Shown piece after piece: positions 8,036 to 17,648 of a stretch of 24,285 bases of DNA. Under the pieces are notes generated by a model, which was not told the DNA's origin, did not search any database, and saw only the letters and a program-made list of their open reading frames with translations. Made by a program: the position numbers and the translations under genes. The stretch is from assembly GCA_041288095.1 (NCBI GenBank), contig JBGGMJ010000114.1:1-24285 (forward strand), written 5' to 3'. How positions within the stretch are numbered: the stretch's first letter is position 1; every line of letters starts with the position of its first letter. Source of the stretch: Myxococcota bacterium (lineage in GTDB: Bacteria; Myxococcota; XYA12-FULL-58-9; JALHOP01).

Positions 8036-9361
8036 ATGCTCAGCCTTCTCGTTGCGACGATGCTCGCCCAACCAGCAAATCCAGGCCTACTGGACGCGGC
8101 GCGCGCCGCGCTGCGGCATCCGAAGGTGCGCTCGTGTGTAGCAGACCGGCAGGTCATCGAAGCCCGGCATGACGAGGCGCGGGCCGGGCAGCTCCCATCG
8201 CTATCGCTCGCGGCACAACTGAATCGCGGCACCGGCAACGTGGTACCCGGATCGTCGTTCGCAACACCTGGAACCCCGGTCAGCGCTGGGCCGCCGCGTG
8301 GCGCGAGCTTCGACAGCGGCACGTGGACGACCATCGCCAGCTTGGGGGTGAGCTTCGAGGTCGCAAACTTCGTGCGGCGCATGCGCGAGGTCGATGCCCA
8401 GCTCGCCCGAGTAGAGAGCGCGCGGGAACGTGAAGCGGTTTGTGCGCTCGATGCCGCCTACGAAGCGGGATCGGCGTTTCTCGATGTCGCGGCGCTCACC
8501 GCCGCGCTAAAGGCCGTCGATGCCGACCGCGGTCGTGCCGAAGCTCTGCGATCGCGGACGGCGGCGCTCGCCAAGGCAGCGCTGCGACCCGGCGCGGAGC
8601 TGGCGCAGGCCGACGCCGAGCTCGCCGGAGTCGAGGCGCGAGCCGCGACGTTGCGACGCGATCTGCGCCTGGCGCAAGCTCGCCTCGCCGAAGCCATGGG
8701 TATCGAAGAGCTCCCGGTGATGACGCTCGAGTTGCCAGCGGTGACGGCCAGTGAGCGCGAAGTGGCCGCGCATCCGCGCATGCGCGGTGCGGCCCGCGAC
8801 GTCGACGCATCGGAGCGCTTCGTCGCCGTGGCGCGCACCGGCTACCTGCCGCGGCTCGAGGTCGCGGCGGCGCTCTGGGCTCGCGGCAGCGGCTACCCGG
8901 GCGCGGCCGGTGAACAGCTCGGCCGGAGCGGCAATGGCCTCACGCCCGATGTCGCCAATTGGCTCGCTGGCGTCGTCGTCAGCTGGGACATCTTCGATCT
9001 TCCCGAGACGCGCGCTCGCGTCGCCGGCGCCGAGGCTGAAGCGGCGGGCAGACACGCAGCGTACGACGCGACCCGGCTTAGCCTGGTCAACCAACTCGAG
9101 GGCGCACGCGCCAGCGTCGTCGAAGCTCAGGCGGTACTGCGGCACACGGCGCCGGCCGTCGAAGCATCGCGCCTGGCTCTTGCGCAAGCAGAGGCACGCT
9201 ACGCCAGCGGCCTCTCTGATTTCCTCGACGTCGCTCGCGTGCGACAGCTGCTGACCGACGCCGAGCTCGCGCACATCGCGGCCGAAGTCGGGTTGGCCCG
9301 CGCGACCATCACTTTGGCGCGAGCCATGGGTGACGTCGGCGCCCTCACGGAGCCGCGCTAA
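8036..9361 (+). CDS. TolC-family outer membrane efflux protein
   Basis: Two OEP halves (AGQLPSLSL / TGYLPRLEV) and AEARYASGLSDFLDV. ATG at 8036 gives a signal peptide. TAATG overlap with the RND gene. Confidence 0.85.
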   Translation: MLSLLVATMLAQPANPGLLDAARAALRHPKVRSCVADRQVIEARHDEARAGQLPSLSLAAQLNRGTGNVVPGSSFATPGTPVSAGPPRGASFDSGTWTTIASLGVSFEVANFVRRMREVDAQLARVESAREREAVCALDAAYEAGSAFLDVAALTAALKAVDADRGRAEALRSRTAALAKAALRPGAELAQADAELAGVEARAATLRRDLRLAQARLAEAMGIEELPVMTLELPAVTASEREVAAHPRMRGAARDVDASERFVAVARTGYLPRLEVAAALWARGSGYPGAAGEQLGRSGNGLTPDVANWLAGVVVSWDIFDLPETRARVAGAEAEAAGRHAAYDATRLSLVNQLEGARASVVEAQAVLRHTAPAVEASRLALAQAEARYASGLSDFLDVARVRQLLTDAELAHIAAEVGLARATITLARAMGDVGALTEPR

Positions 9362-12300
9362 TGCCCATCGTGCTCGCTGCGTTGCGCCGGCCGTACACCG
9401 TCGTGGTCGTGGCGCTCGCCATCACTGTCGCGGCAGCCTTCTCGATCGCCCGCGCACCGGTCGACATATTTCCGTCGCTCGGCGTGCCCGTCATTTACAT
9501 CGTCCAGCCGTACGCCGGGATGACGCCGACGCAGATGGAGAGTCAGCTCGTCAATTACTACGAGTATCATTTTCTCTACGTCGCTGGCGTCGAGCACGTC
9601 GAGTCGCAGTCGATCCAAGGGATGGGGCTCATCAAGCTCTACTTCCACCCCGGCACGGACATCGCGCAGGCAATGGCCCAGACGACGGCGATGGCGTTCC
9701 GTTCGATCGCGTTCATGCCGGCCGGCACGCTACCGCCGTTCATGGTGCGCTTCGACGCCGGCTCGATCCCGGTTGGCCAGCTGGTCTTCAGCAGCGGCAC
9801 ACGCGGTGAGGCGGCGGTCCAGGACACCGCGCTCAACACCGTGCGTCCCATGCTAGCTACCCTGCCGGGCGTCTCGGCCCCACCACCCTCCGGCGGCAAA
9901 GTGCGCACCATCGTCGGCTACTTGGATCCCGAGCGTATGCGGGCCCACGGCCTGTCGCCGGATGACGTGGCGCGTGCCATTGCCCGCGCCAACGTGGTGC
10001 TGCCGGCGGGAAATCTCCGCGTCGGCGACACCACGATGATCGCCGAGACCAACGCCCTCGTCGCCCGTCCGCAAGATCTCGAGAACGTCTCGATACGCGA
10101 GCACGCCGGCACGCACGTTTACCTGCGGGACCTCGGCCGCATCGCCGACGATGCGGACATCGTCTACAATGTCGCCCTCGTGAACGGTCGCCGCACCGTC
10201 TACATGCCCGTGACCAAGCGTGCTGACGCGTCGACGCTCGACGTCGTGCGCGCGGTCAAAAACGCGTTGCCGCGCATGCGGGCCGCTATGCCGGACGACG
10301 TCGCTCTGAGCTTCGAGTTCGATCAGTCGCGCTACGTGACCCGGTCCGTGGTTGGCCTCGTCGAGGAGGGCGCACTGGGCGCACTGCTCACTGGCCTCGT
10401 GGTGCTACTTTTCCTGCGCTCCTGGCGGTCGGCGCTCATCGTCATGCTGACGATCCCGTTGTCTGTTTTAGCAGGCATCATCGGCTTGCGTCTCGCCGGC
10501 CAGACGTTGAACGTCATGACGCTCAGCGGCTTGGCCATGGCCATCGGGATCCTGGTGGACGAGGCCACGGTGGCCATCGAGAACATTCACACCCATCTCG
10601 CGACTGACGCTTCTCCGAGCCGGGCGGTGGTCGACGCGATGCGCGAGGTAACCTTGCCGCGCGTGCTGGCGCTCCTGTGTATCCTCTCGGTGTTCCTACC
10701 ATCGTTCTTCATGGTCGGGGTGAGCGCCTCGCTCTTCCCGCCGCTGGCGCTCGCTGTCGGGTTCACGATGATCGCCTCGTATGTCATCTCGACAGCGCTC
10801 GTCCCAGTGCTGTCCGTGTGGTGGCTACGTCGCGAGAAGCATCACGGCAGTGGCCAACCGCTCATCGCCGTGCGGTACGAGCGGCTGGTCACTGACATCT
10901 TGCGGCGGCCGTGGCTTGCGCTCGTGGTCTACGCCGCGCTCCTCGTTCCAGGTGCGCTGCTCGCCACACGCATCGGCACGGAGCTATTTCCACGTGTCGA
11001 CGCTGGCGAGATGCAACTGCGCATTCGCGCGCCCGCAGGCACTGGCCTCGAGCGCACGACGGAGCTGGTACGCGCCATCGAGCGCATCGTCCGCGAGGAA
11101 GCGGGCGAAGGGCATGTCGCTATCACGCTCGCCAACATCGGTAACCCCGCGTGGACGTTTCCGGTCAACGCCGTCTACGTCTTCAACGCCGGTCCACATG
11201 AAGCCACACTCATGGTGGCGCTCCAGGGCTCCGGCCGACCGTCCGTGCGCGACCTCGAGGGTCGCTTGCGCGCACGCTTCCACAGCGAGCTCCCCGAAAT
11301 GCGCGTGTCATTCGAGCCGGGCGATATCGTCTCGCGCGTGATGAGCTTTGGCGCCAGCGCTCCGGTGCATGTGAGCATCACCGGCAAGAGCCTGCAGGCG
11401 ATTCGCAAACACGCCGAGACTATTCGCGACGCTCTGGCCGTTCGCACCGAGCTCAGCGACGTGCAGATCCCCATGGCGCTCGATTATCCCACGATGCACG
11501 TGGAGATCGACCGCGAGCGGGCGGCCCTTCTCGGCCTAGACGCGCAGAGCATCGGCCGGTCCCTGGTCACCGCGACCTCATCCACGATCCTGACGACCCC
11601 GCTCTTTTGGACCGACCCCGCGAGTGGCAATCCCTACCGGGTGGCCCTGCGTGTGCCCGAGCGCGAGATGCGCGGCGCGGATGACGTCGCGACAACGCCC
11701 GTCGGCGACGTCGACGGATCGGTGGTGACGCTGGGCCAGGTGGCGGCCGTGTATCCGACGACGACGCCTGGGGAAGTCGACCGCTATAACAATCAACGAA
11801 CCGTCGTGGTAACGGCCAATGTCGCTGAAGCGGACTTGGGCACCGCGACACGCGTTGTTGCTGATACGCTCGTGGGTCTCCCACCACCCAAGGGGATCGC
11901 GGTGGCGGTCCATGGCCAAGCCGAGCAACTGCAAACCACGATGGCGAGCCTGCGCACCGGTTTGTTGCTCACGGTGATCATCGTGCTGCTCCTCTTGGTC
12001 GCTGCCTTCCAATCGATTCGTGACGCAGCTGCCGTCCTGGTGACGACACCGGCGGTGTTCGTCGGTGTGGCGCTGGCGCTGTTTCTGACCGGTGGCACCT
12101 GGAACGTGCAGTCGTTGATCGGGACGATCATGGCGATCGGCGTCTCGATGGCGAACGCGGTGCTGCTCGTGACCTTCGCGCGGGATCGCCTCGTTGCCGG
12201 CGACCAGCGGCTGAGCGCCGCGGCTTCGGCGGCCGTGGCGCGGCTACGGCCGATCGTCATGACGAGCATCGCCATGGTGGCAGGCATGCTGCCAATCGCG

Positions 12301-12465
12301 CTCGCTATTGGCGAGGGGGGCGAGCAAACCTCACCGCTGGGTCGCGCCGTCATCGGTGGGCTCCTCGCCTCGACCGTGGCAACGTTGTTCGTCTTGCCCG
12401 CTGCGTACGCGCAGTTCGCCCAACGGCGCTACCGTGACCCCTCTCTCTTGGAGACGACCTCGTGA
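9361..12465 (+). CDS. RND efflux transporter permease subunit (AcrB/AcrD/AcrF family)
   Basis: 1034 aa. ALRRPYTV, PVDIFP, TLNVMTLSGLAMAIGILVDEATVAIENI, RLRPIVMTSIAMVAGMLP and PLGRAVIGGLL motifs. Confidence 0.95.
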   Translation: MPIVLAALRRPYTVVVVALAITVAAAFSIARAPVDIFPSLGVPVIYIVQPYAGMTPTQMESQLVNYYEYHFLYVAGVEHVESQSIQGMGLIKLYFHPGTDIAQAMAQTTAMAFRSIAFMPAGTLPPFMVRFDAGSIPVGQLVFSSGTRGEAAVQDTALNTVRPMLATLPGVSAPPPSGGKVRTIVGYLDPERMRAHGLSPDDVARAIARANVVLPAGNLRVGDTTMIAETNALVARPQDLENVSIREHAGTHVYLRDLGRIADDADIVYNVALVNGRRTVYMPVTKRADASTLDVVRAVKNALPRMRAAMPDDVALSFEFDQSRYVTRSVVGLVEEGALGALLTGLVVLLFLRSWRSALIVMLTIPLSVLAGIIGLRLAGQTLNVMTLSGLAMAIGILVDEATVAIENIHTHLATDASPSRAVVDAMREVTLPRVLALLCILSVFLPSFFMVGVSASLFPPLALAVGFTMIASYVISTALVPVLSVWWLRREKHHGSGQPLIAVRYERLVTDILRRPWLALVVYAALLVPGALLATRIGTELFPRVDAGEMQLRIRAPAGTGLERTTELVRAIERIVREEAGEGHVAITLANIGNPAWTFPVNAVYVFNAGPHEATLMVALQGSGRPSVRDLEGRLRARFHSELPEMRVSFEPGDIVSRVMSFGASAPVHVSITGKSLQAIRKHAETIRDALAVRTELSDVQIPMALDYPTMHVEIDRERAALLGLDAQSIGRSLVTATSSTILTTPLFWTDPASGNPYRVALRVPEREMRGADDVATTPVGDVDGSVVTLGQVAAVYPTTTPGEVDRYNNQRTVVVTANVAEADLGTATRVVADTLVGLPPPKGIAVAVHGQAEQLQTTMASLRTGLLLTVIIVLLLLVAAFQSIRDAAAVLVTTPAVFVGVALALFLTGGTWNVQSLIGTIMAIGVSMANAVLLVTFARDRLVAGDQRLSAAASAAVARLRPIVMTSIAMVAGMLPIALAIGEGGEQTSPLGRAVIGGLLASTVATLFVLPAAYAQFAQRRYRDPSLLETTS

Positions 12466-13487
12466 TGCGGCGTGCTGCGCTCTTTGCGCTCCTGATCCAC
12501 GGCTGCCAGGCCCAGAGCGACGCGCCTCCGCCCCCCGAGGCGCGATCGACACCGGTGATCGAGACGTTCTCTCTCGCGGTCGCGAGCGTCGAAATGACGG
12601 TATCGCTGCCCGGCGAGCTCTCGCCTTACGAAGCCGTCGACATCCGCGCGCGGGTATCGGGTTTGATCTCGGCATTGTCCGTCGATCGCGGCTCGAAGGT
12701 GCGCAAGGACGACGTCCTGCTGCGGTTGCGCGCTCCCGAGCTCTCCGCCCAGCGCGCCGAGGCGCAAGCGCGCTCGCGCACCCAGGAAAGCACGCTGAAG
12801 CGCCTGGAAGAGGCGGCCCAAACGCCCGGCGCCGTCGCCACCAACGAGGTCGACATCGCTCGGACGACCCTCGAGGCCGAGCGAGCGCGCACCGCGTCTC
12901 TGGAGGCTCTCGAGAGCTACACGAGCATCCGGGCGCCGTTTGCCGGCATCGTCACCAAGCGCTACGTGCACCCGGGTGCGCTCGTTTCACCGACTGACCG
13001 CGACCCGCTGCTACGTCTCGAAGACGTGTCCCGCCTGCGTCTCACGGTCGCGGTGCCGGAGCATGCGAGCGGCTCCCTGACTCTCGGCGAAAGCGTCCCC
13101 TTCACGGTCGCGGCATACCCGGGCGAACGCTTCATGGGTGTGATCCAACGATCGGCGGGCTCGATCGACACGACTACCCGTACCCTGCCGGTCGAGCTCG
13201 ATGTCGCGAACGCCGACAATCGTCTGGCGCCCGGCAGCTATGCACAGGTGGCTTGGCCCGTTCGTCACGAACGAACGTTCATGGTTCCACGGACGGCGCT
13301 CGTTCAAACCGCGACGCGCCTGTTCGTGATCTGCGTCCGCGAAGGCAAAGCAGCGCGAGTCGAGGTCCGTCGTGGTCTCACACGAGGCGACGATGTCGAG
13401 ATCTTCGGCGAGGTGCGCGAGGGCGACCGTCTCATCAAGCGCGCCTCGGAGGACATCGCTGAAGGGGCGACTGTGAACGCGACCTGA
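12465..13487 (+). CDS. RND efflux periplasmic adaptor (membrane fusion lipoprotein)
   Basis: Lipobox LLIHGC, IRARVSG..VDRGSKV, IRAPFAGIV, IDTTTRTL and LAPGSYA. TGATG overlap with the RND stop. Confidence 0.92.
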   Translation: MRRAALFALLIHGCQAQSDAPPPPEARSTPVIETFSLAVASVEMTVSLPGELSPYEAVDIRARVSGLISALSVDRGSKVRKDDVLLRLRAPELSAQRAEAQARSRTQESTLKRLEEAAQTPGAVATNEVDIARTTLEAERARTASLEALESYTSIRAPFAGIVTKRYVHPGALVSPTDRDPLLRLEDVSRLRLTVAVPEHASGSLTLGESVPFTVAAYPGERFMGVIQRSAGSIDTTTRTLPVELDVANADNRLAPGSYAQVAWPVRHERTFMVPRTALVQTATRLFVICVREGKAARVEVRRGLTRGDDVEIFGEVREGDRLIKRASEDIAEGATVNAT

Positions 13488-13545
13488 CGGGACGGCGTCC
13501 ACGCATTATGAGCCGGACACCTCCATGGGATAGAGTCCCGGCCGA

Positions 13546-16254
13546 ATGGTGACCTTCTTCCTGGTCGTGCTGGGCGGGTTGATGGGGGCGGCGGCCGATG
13601 AAGCCAACGGGGCGTTCATCGGGATGATCATCGGCTATCTGGCCGCGCGGCTGATCGTCGATCATCAGCGACGCAAAAAGCTGGATGAGCGGCTGAAGGC
13701 GCTGGAGCTGCAGGTGGCGCTGCTGCAAGGCGGGTCACGCGTGAGCGCGGCGCAGGCACCCATCGTGACACCGGTGCCGGTGACGCCCGCGGCGATTCGC
13801 GCGGCGAGCGAAGATGATTTGCCGGCGTCGGAGAGGAAGACGGTCGAGCTGGGGGCTCCCGAGCACTTGGTGGCCGAGAGCCGATCACCGACTGCCGAGA
13901 GCCGAGAGCCGGTAGCGCCGTTGTTTCCGGCGGCGCCTTCGGGCCCCGATCCCATCGAGCGTCTGCGCGCGCTCATCTTCGGCGGCAACACGGTCGTCCG
14001 CGTCGGCGTCATCATCCTGCTCTTCGGCGTCGGCTTCCTCGTCAAATACGGCGCCGAGCACGGCATGTTTCCGATCGAGCTGCGCCTCATCGGCGCCGTC
14101 ATCCTCGGCATGGGCTTGCTGATCGTCGGCTTCCGCCTGCGCAACAAGCGCCTCGCCTACGCCGTGAGCCTGCAAGGTGGCGGCATCGGCACCATTTACT
14201 TGGTCACCTTCGCGGCGCTGAAGATTTACGAGCTCATCCCGCACGGCGCGGCGCTCGCGGTCTTCGTGGTGCTCGCGGTCGCGACGGCCTTCCTCGCCAT
14301 CGTGCAGGATGCTCTGGCGCTCGCGGTGCTCGGCGTCCTCGGCGGCTTCCTCGCGCCCATCCTGGCGTCGAACAACAGCGGCAACTTCGTCGCGCTCTTC
14401 ACCTACTACGCCATTCTCAACGCGGCGATCCTCGTCATCTCCTGGTTCAAGGACTGGCGCGTCCTGAACCTCTTGGGCTTCACCTGCACCTTCCTCGTCG
14501 GCACGGCGTGGGGCCTTTCGGCCTACCAGCCCGAGAACTACGCCTGGACCCAGTTCTTCCTGGCGCTGTTCTTCGTGTTCTACGCGACCATCGCGGTCTT
14601 CTACGCGGTGAAGCGGCCGGCGAAGAGCCGCGGCATCATCGACGGGACACTGGTGTTCGGACTGCCCGCTATAGCGTTCGCGCTGCAAGTGGGATTGGTG
14701 AAGGACACGCCCTGGGGACTCGCCGTCTCGGCCGTCGTCGTCGCCGGCTTCTACATCGGCGTGGCGTCGATCGTCTGGAAGAAGTCGCCGGAGCACGGCC
14801 GCTCGCTCGCCGAGGCCTTCACCGCGCTCGGTGTCGTGTTCGTCACCATGGCGATCCCCTTCGCGCTCAACGCGAGCTGGACCGCCGCTGCCTACGCGCT
14901 CGAGGGTGCCGGCCTCGTCTGGGTGGGTCGTCGCCAGAAGAAGCCGCTCGCCGAAGCCGCGGGCGTCCTCTTGCAGTTCGCCGCCGGCGTCACCTTCGAT
15001 TCGCCTGGCTCGGCCGAGCTCAGCCAACCGGTCATCGATGCGATCTATCCGTATGCGTTCCTACGCGCCGTTGGTGCCCTCGCGTCGGCCTACTTCCTGC
15101 GCACGCGCGTCTCGGCGATCTCGTCGGTAGCGCAGGGACTCTTGGTCGTGTGGGCCATCGCTTGGCTCACCGGCGGCACCATCTACGACATCTTCGATCA
15201 CGACGAGAACAAGCACTTCGCCGTCATCACCCTGGGCGCGATCACGGTCCACGCCCTCCTCCTCGACCTGATCGGCAAGCGCCTCGCGTGGACGGCCGGT
15301 CGCCTCGGGGCCCTGTTGCTCGGGGCCCAGCTCGCGGTCGGCGTCGTCATCTGGGCCATCCTCGAGCTCGGCTTCGAAGAGCAGCAAGATTGGTCGTGGG
15401 CCGGCTGGCTGTTCGCTTTAGCGGTCTGGATGTTGCTGCTGAAACGTCAGGATAAAGAGACCTACCCGAAGACCTTGGCGGTCGCATACGGCGTGACGCC
15501 GCTCCTCGTCTCGACGGCACTCGCGGGCATTGCCTATCTGCACATCGACCGACACGTCCCCGAGGGTGTCTGGTCCGCCGTCGCGGCCGCGCTCATCCCC
15601 GCGTTCGTGTTGTTCGCGTTCCTGGCCGCCGACTTGCGCGATCGCTGGCCCATGGTCACGCACCGCGCCGCCGTCATCAACGGCTTCGTGCCCGTCGTCG
15701 TATACCTGCTCTTCTGGAGTCTCGGCGGCAGCTTCGGCAGCGACGGTGATCCATCGCCGCTCCCTTACGTGCCACTGCTCACGCCGCTCGATCTCACGCA
15801 GGCGTTCATCATTCTGGCGGGCGTCGCCTGGGCCCTGCGCGTCCGTGTCCGCTATCCCGAACGCTTCGAGGCGTTGCGCGTGCCGTTCATCGCGGTGCTC
15901 TGTTTCGTGCTCTTCGCGCACCTCTCCGCGGTCTGCGTGCGCAGCTGCCACTACTACGCCGGCGTGCCCTGGGATTGGGACGACCTCATGGACTCGACGG
16001 TGGTGCAGACCTCGTTGTCGATCGCCTGGACGGTCATCGCCCTCGTGGTGACGGCGCTCGCTTCGCGCAAGAAGTGGCGGGTCGTGTGGATGGTCGGTGG
16101 TGCCTTGCTCGGCGTCGTCGTGCTCAAGCTCTTCATCGTCGACCTGTCACACATCCAGACGGTAGCTCGCATCATCTCGTTCCTGGTCGTTGGTCTCTTG
16201 CTCTTGCTCATCGGCTGGATCTCGCCGGTGCCGCCACGCTTGGCGCGCGCCTGA
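13546..16254 (+). CDS. DUF2339 domain multi-pass membrane protein
   Basis: GGNTVVRVGVIILLFGVGFLVKY, PIELRL, LQGGGIG, LGGFLAPIL, DGTLVFGLP and the C-terminal KLFIVDLS..RIISFLVVG..IGWISPVPP. Confidence 0.9.
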   Translation: MVTFFLVVLGGLMGAAADEANGAFIGMIIGYLAARLIVDHQRRKKLDERLKALELQVALLQGGSRVSAAQAPIVTPVPVTPAAIRAASEDDLPASERKTVELGAPEHLVAESRSPTAESREPVAPLFPAAPSGPDPIERLRALIFGGNTVVRVGVIILLFGVGFLVKYGAEHGMFPIELRLIGAVILGMGLLIVGFRLRNKRLAYAVSLQGGGIGTIYLVTFAALKIYELIPHGAALAVFVVLAVATAFLAIVQDALALAVLGVLGGFLAPILASNNSGNFVALFTYYAILNAAILVISWFKDWRVLNLLGFTCTFLVGTAWGLSAYQPENYAWTQFFLALFFVFYATIAVFYAVKRPAKSRGIIDGTLVFGLPAIAFALQVGLVKDTPWGLAVSAVVVAGFYIGVASIVWKKSPEHGRSLAEAFTALGVVFVTMAIPFALNASWTAAAYALEGAGLVWVGRRQKKPLAEAAGVLLQFAAGVTFDSPGSAELSQPVIDAIYPYAFLRAVGALASAYFLRTRVSAISSVAQGLLVVWAIAWLTGGTIYDIFDHDENKHFAVITLGAITVHALLLDLIGKRLAWTAGRLGALLLGAQLAVGVVIWAILELGFEEQQDWSWAGWLFALAVWMLLLKRQDKETYPKTLAVAYGVTPLLVSTALAGIAYLHIDRHVPEGVWSAVAAALIPAFVLFAFLAADLRDRWPMVTHRAAVINGFVPVVVYLLFWSLGGSFGSDGDPSPLPYVPLLTPLDLTQAFIILAGVAWALRVRVRYPERFEALRVPFIAVLCFVLFAHLSAVCVRSCHYYAGVPWDWDDLMDSTVVQTSLSIAWTVIALVVTALASRKKWRVVWMVGGALLGVVVLKLFIVDLSHIQTVARIISFLVVGLLLLLIGWISPVPPRLARA
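13873..13914 (+). repeat. Degenerate tandem heptamer array, 6 x 7 bp (consensus GCCGAGA), inside the DUF2339 linker
   Basis: GCCGAGA GCCGATC ACCGACT GCCGAGA GCCGAGA GCCGGTA. The 42 bp length keeps the frame (AESRSPTAESREPV). Confidence 0.75.
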
Positions 16255-16269
16255 CGTAACGGAGCTCAC

Positions 16270-17628
16270 GTGCACTATCTCGCGCTCGTTGCCGCCATAG
16301 CGGCCACACCCCAAAACGACATTCAGGTCAAACGCGACGACTTCGCGTACGGCGCGACCCTCGAGGTCGACCCCGAGCACGCGCTCCAGCGCCTGGTCGT
16401 ACCGGTCACGATCTACGAGCAGCTCACGCGCGACGACGCCGCCGATCTGGCGGTGTTCAACGCATCGGGCAGCCAGGTGCCGCACGCGCTGCGCCGCGCC
16501 AGCGAGTCGGTCCGCGAGAACCCCGACGTGAGTCTGCCTGTGTTCCCGCTCAAGGCGACCTCGCAGGCCAACGCGGGCAGCGTCGAGATCACCGTCGAGC
16601 GCGGTGCCAGCGGCGCCGTCACCAAGGTGAGCACCAAGGACTCAGGGGGCGACGCGACGAGCGTGCTCACCGCGTATCTCGTCGACGCCTCGAGCGTCAC
16701 GCAACCCATTCGCAGCCTCACCTTCCGCTGGAAGGGAGACTCCGCGAGCTTCGTGCAGCATCTGTCGATCGCGGCGGGCGACGATCTGCAGAGCTGGTCC
16801 ACCGTCGCCGCGGACGTCACCGTCGCGAGCCTCACCCACGACGGACACCGCATCGAAAAGGAGCGCATCGAGATCGCCCCGGTGCGCGCCAAATATCTAC
16901 GCGTCACCTGGCCGGGGAATGCGCCGCCGCGCGAGCTCGACGTCGTGGTCGCGGGTCTCGCGAGCAGCGTCACCGAACCAGTGCGCGACTGGGCGGAAGG
17001 TGGCGAGGTCACGACCCCACGGCCGGGTGTCTACCGTTTCCACCTCTCCGGCTTCCGGCCGGTCGACCGCGTCCGCATCAACCTGCCGGAGGACAACACG
17101 CTCGCCGAGGCGACGCTCTCGAGCGCCGACAACGTCGAGGGTCCGTGGAGTACTCGTTATAACGGACTCATCTACCGACTCGACAAAAACGGCGTCGGCC
17201 CGGTGACCATCAACGTCGGCGACGTCGCCGATCCATTCTGGCAGCTCGAGGTCAGCACCCAGGGTGGCGGCATCGGCAACGGCGCGCCAAAGTTCGACGT
17301 GGGCTGGCTGCCGCACGAGCTGCTCTTCGTGCGCCGCGGTGAGCCACCGTTCACCATCGCCTACGGCAACGCCAACCACGGGGTCCAGAGCTTCGATCCG
17401 ACGGCGCTCGCCAGCATGGCGCGCATGGAGGGTGGCGAGTCGCTGGGCGCGGCGCGCATCACCGAGGCGAAAGTGACGCTCGGCGGTCCTTCGAAGCTCA
17501 CACCCGAGCCGCCGGACACGACGCTCCCGATCCGGCGCATCGTCCTGTGGGCCTCGCTCGCCGCGGCGGTACTTCTGCTCGGCTGGATGAGCCTCAGACT
17601 GTTCAAACAGATGGGCTCTGCCGCCTGA
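16270..17628 (+). CDS. DUF3999 family protein (usual partner of DUF2339)
   Basis: GTG start with GGAG at 16261. Signal peptide, DLAVFNASGSQVPHAL, DDLQSW, LLFVRRGEPPFTIAYG and C-terminal TM VLWASLAAAVLLLGWMSLRL. Confidence 0.85.
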   Translation: MHYLALVAAIAATPQNDIQVKRDDFAYGATLEVDPEHALQRLVVPVTIYEQLTRDDAADLAVFNASGSQVPHALRRASESVRENPDVSLPVFPLKATSQANAGSVEITVERGASGAVTKVSTKDSGGDATSVLTAYLVDASSVTQPIRSLTFRWKGDSASFVQHLSIAAGDDLQSWSTVAADVTVASLTHDGHRIEKERIEIAPVRAKYLRVTWPGNAPPRELDVVVAGLASSVTEPVRDWAEGGEVTTPRPGVYRFHLSGFRPVDRVRINLPEDNTLAEATLSSADNVEGPWSTRYNGLIYRLDKNGVGPVTINVGDVADPFWQLEVSTQGGGIGNGAPKFDVGWLPHELLFVRRGEPPFTIAYGNANHGVQSFDPTALASMARMEGGESLGAARITEAKVTLGGPSKLTPEPPDTTLPIRRIVLWASLAAAVLLLGWMSLRLFKQMGSAA

Positions 17629-17648
17629 ACCTATGGTAGAGAAGCCGC

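Noticed and set aside
6629..8071. 480-aa minus-strand ORF
   Set aside because: Antisense to pyk and the lipoprotein gene, with Arg/His-rich shadow composition.
7960..13500. GGACG..GCGTC mini-palindromes at both flanks of the efflux cassette as element ends
   Set aside because: Too short in GC-rich DNA, with no target-site duplication, transposase or integrase.
13885..15455. 380-aa antisense and 315-aa alternate-frame ORFs
   Set aside because: Both lie fully inside the well-supported DUF2339 gene.
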